From: an uncultured delta proteobacterium
GTDB taxonomy: Bacteria; Desulfobacterota; Binatia; Binatales; Binataceae
Assembly (NCBI GenBank): GCA_963794325.1
Contig: CAWCDG010000004.1
Span: 1,280,001-1,344,000, forward strand
DNA: 64,000 bases
Direction: 5' to 3'
This document shows, piece by piece, positions 58,412 through 64,000 of the stretch. Every line of letters begins with the position of its first letter. The first letter of the stretch is position 1. A program made the position numbers and the translations under genes. Below the pieces are notes generated by a model, which made no database searches, had not been told where the DNA came from, and saw only the letters and a list, made by a program, of their open reading frames with translations.

Positions 58412-58495
58412 CAGACTCGGTGGCGGATGACGCAGTCTGACGCGAACCGCTCTCTGCGACAAATTCCCTGATGATCAGCGAAAATGCAGGGAATT
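58412..58495. other. Two-hairpin, tRNA-3'-end-like element at a rearrangement junction
   Basis: CAGACT..AGTCTG stem enclosing TGGCGG, followed by CGAACC; AATTCCCTG..CAGGGAATT stem. Confidence 0.45.
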
Positions 58496-58508
58496 CCCGC
58501 GATTTTGA

Positions 58509-58712
58509 TCATTGAGTGTCCAAATGACCGACATTACCGGTGGATAAAGGAGCTCTGGTAAAAAGAACGAAAGCACAATCAGGATTCAAGACCAAAGGAG
58601 AGCGACCGCCTACGAAGCTCTATGTTATGCTCATTGATGCTCCTTAGTGTTTGAATGACCTCAACCTCACTGGTGGATAAAAAAATCTGTGCGGATCAAA
58701 AACTGTGCGGAT
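58509..58712. promoter_or_regulatory. AT-rich region with DnaA-box-like 9-mers and direct repeats
   Basis: GGTGGATAA at 58539-58547 and 58672-58680; CTGTGCGGAT at 58687-58696 and 58703-58712. Confidence 0.5.
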
Positions 58713-58753
58713 TTTAATAAGCTGGAGCGGGAGGAATTTCGATTCACGCAGGT

Positions 58754-58942
58754 ATGAAAAAATGTGACCCGCCTCCGTTAATGACATTGGAGGAGCTAGT
58801 CGACTACGCTCGCATAACCAAACGAACGATCTACAGGCTGCTTCGCAAAGGAATAATATCAGCCCACCGAATAGGTTCTGAAGTTCGATTCTGCAAGAGT
58901 GAAGTTGATAGGTTGGTAGCTAAGCGAAGAAAGGAGAAATAG
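58754..58942 (+). CDS. Excisionase-like (HTH_17/MerR-like) small DNA-binding protein
   Basis: LMTLEELVDYARITKRTIYRL...I.AHRIG..VRF...EVD. Confidence 0.8.
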   Translation: MKKCDPPPLMTLEELVDYARITKRTIYRLLRKGIISAHRIGSEVRFCKSEVDRLVAKRRKEK

Positions 58943-59115
58943 TCGGGGAGCGAACTCAGCTCATTGGTAGATGCAACCGCCGCAGACTAACACAGAACTT
59001 GGTACAAAAGAGCGCGAAGTCACCTTTACCCTTTCCATATCAGTGCATCTAGCGTATGAGAACGGGCTGGAAAAAACAGCTCCCTAGTTCATGCTGATGC
59101 CTCCAGGGGACGTGA

Positions 59116-60801
59116 ATGTTCATGGCTGCTCGCTTCGGAAGTACTAAAAATAGACCTGTCGCGGTCCGCAGTAGACCGCGGAGCGATGCCCACTCAGAAG
59201 CCGCCGCAGAGAAATTCGAAGAACTTTTGGCAGGCTTGTCGGGGACCTTCATCCGAACCGCCGCGGAGAACATCGATGATCAAATTGAAATTTGGCTTCG
59301 AAGGATAGTGCTGTCTCTGGGTCTGGACCGCGGGACAGTTTCCCAATTCGATGGTGACGGTGGTTTGTATGTGACTCATCAGTGGGCGCGTAACGGCATC
59401 GCAATGGCCGATAGAAGGGGTGACGTCAAAAAATACTTTCCCTGGTTAGCTGACAAGATCACATCAGGTGAGTTAGTAATATTTTCTAATCTGCCCTACC
59501 GACTTCCCGCGAAGGCGGTTAACGAGCGCGACTTTGTAAGGCTCGGCCAACTTAGAGCTCATCTGACGGTACCGCTGAAAGTTGGAGAAAGCATAATAGG
59601 CGGCCTTTCCTTTGCCACGGTTCTCCACGGACGAAGTTGGTCAAAGAGAGAGGTCAGGCGTCTCAAATTGGTCGCGGAAGTCTTCGGCAACGCACTGGGA
59701 CGCGAGCGCGCCTTCGCCGAGCATCGGCGGCTCGAGCAAGATCTGCGCAAGATGGAAGGAGTCGCCTTGGTTGGGGAACTCGCCACCGTCCTCGAACACG
59801 AATTGAGGCAGCCGTTGACAGCCATTTTGGTCAACGCGGAGAGCGCTCACGACCTCGCAGCGCAGGAGAATCCGAACTTCATTGAAATCCGCGATGCGCT
59901 CTCGGATATAATCCGCGACAATGCGCGTGCTGACGAAATAATCCGCAATGTTCGAGCTATGTTTCGACGTGGGGAAGCAAAGAGATCCTCCGTCGATCTC
60001 AATGATCTTCTGTCGGACGTCGATCGCATCGCAACCACGAGCGCGCGAATGAAAGGCATCTCCTTTTCGATGGAGGTGCCTGAGTCCCTGCCATCAGTGC
60101 TGTGCAATAGGACGCAACTCACTCAGGCCATTTTGAACCTGGTATTCAACGCCTTCGACTCAGTCTGCGACAGTGATGCGCCCCGCGAGGTACGTTTGTC
60201 CGCGGCACAGACCGAAGGCGACCGGGTGCGATTGTCGGTGCGGGATCGAGGTAAGGGTATCGACCCGAAGGCTATGACGCGCCTGTTCGAGCCGTTCTTT
60301 ACGACTAAGGCGACCGGAATGGGAATGGGACTGGCCATCGTACGCTCTATCATCGAGAACCACGGCGGCAGGATCTGGGCAGGACAGAATCCTGGCAGCG
60401 GCGCGACGTTTGAGTTGGAGCTGCCTCTCGAAGTGAAAGGGCAACCAGCTGTCTCTCCGCCAGATGCTAGTTGCCTGCTGCCTGTTGCCAACGCGGTGAC
60501 GCTAGACGCAGCCAGCGCGATCATAGTCCGGGAAGTTTGCAGCCAGTTCCGACTGACGCGAGAGCAGCTTTTCAGCGAGAGTCGGGTGGCACGGATAGCC
60601 TTCGGGCGTATGCTCGCGATGTATCTATGCCGACTGGTCACAAAGGCCTCGCTAGCGCGAATCGGCGACGCATTCCATCGCGATCACACGACGGTCCTTT
60701 ACGCCATTCGACGTATCGAAGGCACCATGATGCACCGCCCGATGTTTCAAGAGGCAGTACGGTCGATCAGCCAGCGTGTAAAGGGGCGGTTAGTTTTTTG
60801 A
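59116..60801 (+). CDS. GAF + HisKA/HATPase sensor kinase fused to a C-terminal DnaA domain IV (Bac_DnaA_C)
   Basis: EHELRQPL H-box, NLVFNA, DRGKGI, FEPFFTTK, GMGMGL; then R.LAMYLCR.VT.ASL.RIGDAFHRDHTTVLYA. Confidence 0.88.
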   Translation: MFMAARFGSTKNRPVAVRSRPRSDAHSEAAAEKFEELLAGLSGTFIRTAAENIDDQIEIWLRRIVLSLGLDRGTVSQFDGDGGLYVTHQWARNGIAMADRRGDVKKYFPWLADKITSGELVIFSNLPYRLPAKAVNERDFVRLGQLRAHLTVPLKVGESIIGGLSFATVLHGRSWSKREVRRLKLVAEVFGNALGRERAFAEHRRLEQDLRKMEGVALVGELATVLEHELRQPLTAILVNAESAHDLAAQENPNFIEIRDALSDIIRDNARADEIIRNVRAMFRRGEAKRSSVDLNDLLSDVDRIATTSARMKGISFSMEVPESLPSVLCNRTQLTQAILNLVFNAFDSVCDSDAPREVRLSAAQTEGDRVRLSVRDRGKGIDPKAMTRLFEPFFTTKATGMGMGLAIVRSIIENHGGRIWAGQNPGSGATFELELPLEVKGQPAVSPPDASCLLPVANAVTLDAASAIIVREVCSQFRLTREQLFSESRVARIAFGRMLAMYLCRLVTKASLARIGDAFHRDHTTVLYAIRRIEGTMMHRPMFQEAVRSISQRVKGRLVF

Positions 60802-60835
60802 TGGCTTACACCCCAGATAGCACTTGTGTGTTCGA

Positions 60836-63800
60836 CTAGCCATTCAGTTCCTTGAGTAATGCATGGGCGTCCTTCAAATCTGCGGTGCCGCGGCCCTCGG
60901 TGAACTTGGAGCAGAGCGGGGCCAGAAGCCCGCACGCCGTTGCGACGTCACCGCGGGCCTTGAGAATCTGCGCCAGGTCTAAAGCCGCGCGCAACTCCCA
61001 TGCCTTGGCATTTGTCTGTTGCGCAAGCACGATAGCTTCGCGAAGGTCTGCCTCCGCCGCGTCATTATAACCTAGTACCAAGCGCAGTCCGCCGCGCACC
61101 CGCAGCGCATCGCCCCGCCAGGCGAGTTCCTCAGGATTTGCGATCAAAGCTTCCTCGACAGTTACCAGCGCTTCAGTGGTCGCGTCGTCGAGGGCCTGTG
61201 CCTCTGCAAGCCAGTTCAAAAGCTGTGTTGCCGTATTGCGGTTCCGGGTCTTTGCCAGCTCGCTCAATCCCAGACTGATCTGCGCGACACCTTCCGAAGA
61301 ATGGCCAAGGCTCGCGCGGGCCCGCCCCAACGTAATCCGCGCGAACGCGGCAACTTGTGGGAATCCGTACTGCTCCGCCAAACCGAGCGCCTGAGTGGCG
61401 GAACTCTCCGCTTGGTCTGGTGCCCGGAGATAGATTTGCAGCCATGCTGCGATGTAGTGCGCGGTGGCCAGCTCGAAGGGACTGTTCATCCGATGCGCGG
61501 CGGCGAGCGCATCTGAGCTGCGCTTGCGCGCGACATCGGCTCGACCAAGCTGCCACGCTACCAGAGCTGCATTGCCCAACAGTACGGCAGCCAGGCCGGG
61601 AAATTCATTCCATGCGAATTCGAAGAAGGGCGCGCCGCGCAGGAAGCTTTCTTCTGCGCCGTTTAGATCACCGCGCCAGGCGCGCACAAGCACTTGAGCG
61701 ATGCGCGCAACGCCGATACTTGGTGAGCTGCCCTCGCTCTGTGCCAGGTCCAGGAGTTGATCCGCAAGTGCCCCGCCAGCGAGCAGGTCACCAGCAGTTA
61801 CCACGACGGCCCACTCGCCAAACAAATGATGAATGAGTTCTGGAAGATTGTTGGTCTTCTCGGCGAGCGCTATCGTGCGCGCAGCCGCTTGCGCAGCTTC
61901 GGGCGCTCCATATCCGCGCGTAACCTGCAACACGCGGACGAATGGCCCAGTCAATTCCAGTTCCCGAGCGTCGCGTTCGGCAGACTCCGGCAATGCTTTC
62001 AGGATTTCAAGTGCCTGCCGATACGCCTGCTCCGCCTCCCGGAAGGCACGTCGCTCGACCGCGGCGTCGGCCGACTTTTGCCACGCAGCCATCGCTGGCT
62101 CGGTTTCGCCCGCCTCAGTCCAATGCCGTGCGAGAACTTCCGGCTCCGCATCCGCTTTTGTTGGAAACTGTTCGGTTAATACACGTGCGACCGTTCGATG
62201 CAGCTCGCGACGGCGGCTCTTGAGCAGTGCATCGTAGGCCGCGTCCTGTAAGAGAGCGTGCTTAAACGAATATGTAGCCTCGGGCGCAATGCCGCTTGCA
62301 TAGATCAGTTCCGCGTTAGCCAATCTTGCCAGAGCCTGCTGCAACTCAGCTTCCGGCATCATCGAAACTGCCTGGAGCAAATCGTAGGAGAATTCGCGTC
62401 CAACCACCGCAGCGATCTGCGCAACTTCCTTTGCGCGCCCGAGCCGATCCAGGCGAGCCATCAAAGAATCGTGGAGGGTGTGCGGAATCTCGTGTGCGGA
62501 GGGTTTAGCATCGCCTTTCTCGAGCACTGCGCGCGTCAACTCCTCAGCGAACAGCGGAATTCCGCTAGTACGCTCAATCACCTGCTCAACGGTGTCTTGT
62601 GACAGCGCACTCTGAGCCACTACGCTTGCTACCAGTTCGCGCACTTCCTGCGCCGCCAGTCGATTCAGGGTCAACTGCGCGTGATGCGTACGCGACGCCC
62701 ACGGCGGCAGAAACTCAGGTCGCGCAGTACAAAGAATCAGCAGCGGAGTGGTGGCTCCCTGTTCGATCAGCAACTGCATCAGCTCCAGCGTAGACGCGTC
62801 GAACCAATGCAAATCCTCGACTGCCATCACACATGGCTGGATTCGCGCGACGCCGAAAAGCCATCCTGCCAAAGTCGCCAGCAACCGATTGCGCTTTTGT
62901 TGCGGCGTGACGGTGAGTGGCGCATATTTTTCGCCGATCGGAAGGTTCAGCATTGGCGCGATGAGCGGCAGTGCCTCATCAAGCTTCAATCCCGCGAGTC
63001 CGAGATCTCTTTCCAGTTCGGCGACCTTTTCTCCGTCCGTTACAACATCCCGTTGCGCGAAACCCTGCTGAAGCATGTCGGTGATCGCGTAGAAAGGCGT
63101 GTTTTGGAAATAAGATGCGCCGGAGCACTCGTTCCAGGTATGCGGAGTTCCCGCCAGCCGCTCCTGGAATTGCCGCACCAGGCGAGACTTGCCGATTCCC
63201 GCCTCACCGACGATGAAGATGACTTGTCCCTCGCCGCAGGCGGCGCGCTCCCAGCGGTTCCATAGGAGTCGCATTTCATCTGTGCGGCCCACAAACTGAG
63301 TGAGACCGCGCGCGGCCGACGCTGCCAGACGGCTTCGCGCGCCGCTCAACCTGAGGACTCGAAACAATTCAATCGGTCCAGGAATTCCCTTGAGTTGATG
63401 CGCGCCTCGCTCAACGACGACGAACAAACCCGAGATTAACCGGTGGACCGCGGGAGTGATAATCACGGTGTTGGGACCAGCCGCAGACTGTACTCGAGAG
63501 GCAATGTTGGCCGTATCGCCGAAGACTTCCGAGTCGCTGTTCCCACCCTTAGCGATCACAACGTTGCCGGTATCAATTCCGACGCGAACCGAGAGTTCGG
63601 GATGGTTGCATGGTCCGGCGCCGCGATTGAGCGCGCCGGCCGCTTCAAGTATGGCGAGTCCAGCGCGTGCGGCGCGTTCGGCGTCGTTGTCGTGCGCCTC
63701 TGGCCATCCGAAATACGCCATCACGCCGTCGCCGAGGTACTTCGCGACGTAGCCGCCGAAACGCTTGATCGCTTCAGTCACTGCGCCGAGATATTCGGCT

Positions 63801-64000
63801 TCGACCTCACGCCATTCCTCAGGATCGAGCCGTGCGGAAATCGCGGTCGAGCCGACCAGGTCGCAAAACAAGACCGTCAGGTGACGGCGCTCGCCTGTCT
63901 GCTCTCGCGCCTCCGTGAGTTGTGGGTCAGAGACTCGGGCGACAACCGGCGCACCAATTGAAGTGCCGCACTCTCCGCAGAACTTCGCAACCGAGGCATT
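60836..64000 (-). CDS. Zinc ribbon + class III cyclase + AAA/STAND ATPase + TPR-like protein, 5' end beyond window
   Basis: Frame open to the window edge (KFCGECG...GERRHLTVLFCDLVGST), KYLGDG, GEAGIGKS, EDLHW. Confidence 0.93.
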   Translation of the reverse strand, partial: NASVAKFCGECGTSIGAPVVARVSDPQLTEAREQTGERRHLTVLFCDLVGSTAISARLDPEEWREVEAEYLGAVTEAIKRFGGYVAKYLGDGVMAYFGWPEAHDNDAERAARAGLAILEAAGALNRGAGPCNHPELSVRVGIDTGNVVIAKGGNSDSEVFGDTANIASRVQSAAGPNTVIITPAVHRLISGLFVVVERGAHQLKGIPGPIELFRVLRLSGARSRLAASAARGLTQFVGRTDEMRLLWNRWERAACGEGQVIFIVGEAGIGKSRLVRQFQERLAGTPHTWNECSGASYFQNTPFYAITDMLQQGFAQRDVVTDGEKVAELERDLGLAGLKLDEALPLIAPMLNLPIGEKYAPLTVTPQQKRNRLLATLAGWLFGVARIQPCVMAVEDLHWFDASTLELMQLLIEQGATTPLLILCTARPEFLPPWASRTHHAQLTLNRLAAQEVRELVASVVAQSALSQDTVEQVIERTSGIPLFAEELTRAVLEKGDAKPSAHEIPHTLHDSLMARLDRLGRAKEVAQIAAVVGREFSYDLLQAVSMMPEAELQQALARLANAELIYASGIAPEATYSFKHALLQDAAYDALLKSRRRELHRTVARVLTEQFPTKADAEPEVLARHWTEAGETEPAMAAWQKSADAAVERRAFREAEQAYRQALEILKALPESAERDARELELTGPFVRVLQVTRGYGAPEAAQAAARTIALAEKTNNLPELIHHLFGEWAVVVTAGDLLAGGALADQLLDLAQSEGSSPSIGVARIAQVLVRAWRGDLNGAEESFLRGAPFFEFAWNEFPGLAAVLLGNAALVAWQLGRADVARKRSSDALAAAHRMNSPFELATAHYIAAWLQIYLRAPDQAESSATQALGLAEQYGFPQVAAFARITLGRARASLGHSSEGVAQISLGLSELAKTRNRNTATQLLNWLAEAQALDDATTEALVTVEEALIANPEELAWRGDALRVRGGLRLVLGYNDAAEADLREAIVLAQQTNAKAWELRAALDLAQILKARGDVATACGLLAPLCSKFTEGRGTADLKDAHALLKELNG

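Noticed and set aside
58412-58460. Functional tRNA gene
   Set aside because: No cloverleaf, D-arm or anticodon arm could be built; only 3'-end-like motifs
58509-58750. Chromosomal oriC
   Set aside because: Only two imperfect DnaA boxes; no dnaA, dnaN, gyrB, parAB or gidA context
58968-59051. TAGATGCA/TGCATCTA inverted repeat
   Set aside because: Only 8 bp with a 68-bp spacer; no further support for a MITE or ncRNA
59116-60801. Calling this gene dnaA
   Set aside because: Lacks DnaA domains I-III (no AAA+ Walker motifs); only domain IV is present

Overview
GC-rich bacterial chromosome segment. The gene repertoire (multiple amidohydrolase-2 and luciferase-like monooxygenases, tandem P450s, zinc-ribbon/cyclase/AAA/TPR proteins) resembles soil Candidatus Binatia, but that taxonomy is an inference. 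About 55 CDS are supported, mostly accessory catabolism, plus glgP, a five-gene peptidoglycan-salvage-like operon, a MarR-EmrAB efflux locus, an APC/MOSC/XRE/GATase amine locus with a frameshifted permease, and an Xth/Prim-Pol/LigC repair trio. No rRNA, canonical tRNA or CRISPR array was seen. Most notable: (1) a GAF-histidine kinase fused to a DnaA domain-IV DNA-binding module, preceded by an Xis-like HTH gene and an AT-rich region with DnaA-box-like 9-mers; (2) a TetR protein resembling Vibrio LuxR/HapR/SmcR, with a LuxR-type palindromic operator, divergent from a diiron/SCP2-like/ferredoxin operon; (3) an IS481-like left end inserted into a copy of a REP-like hairpin repeat. Several regulator/operator pairs can be read directly from the DNA. 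All family assignments come from motif recognition, not database searches.
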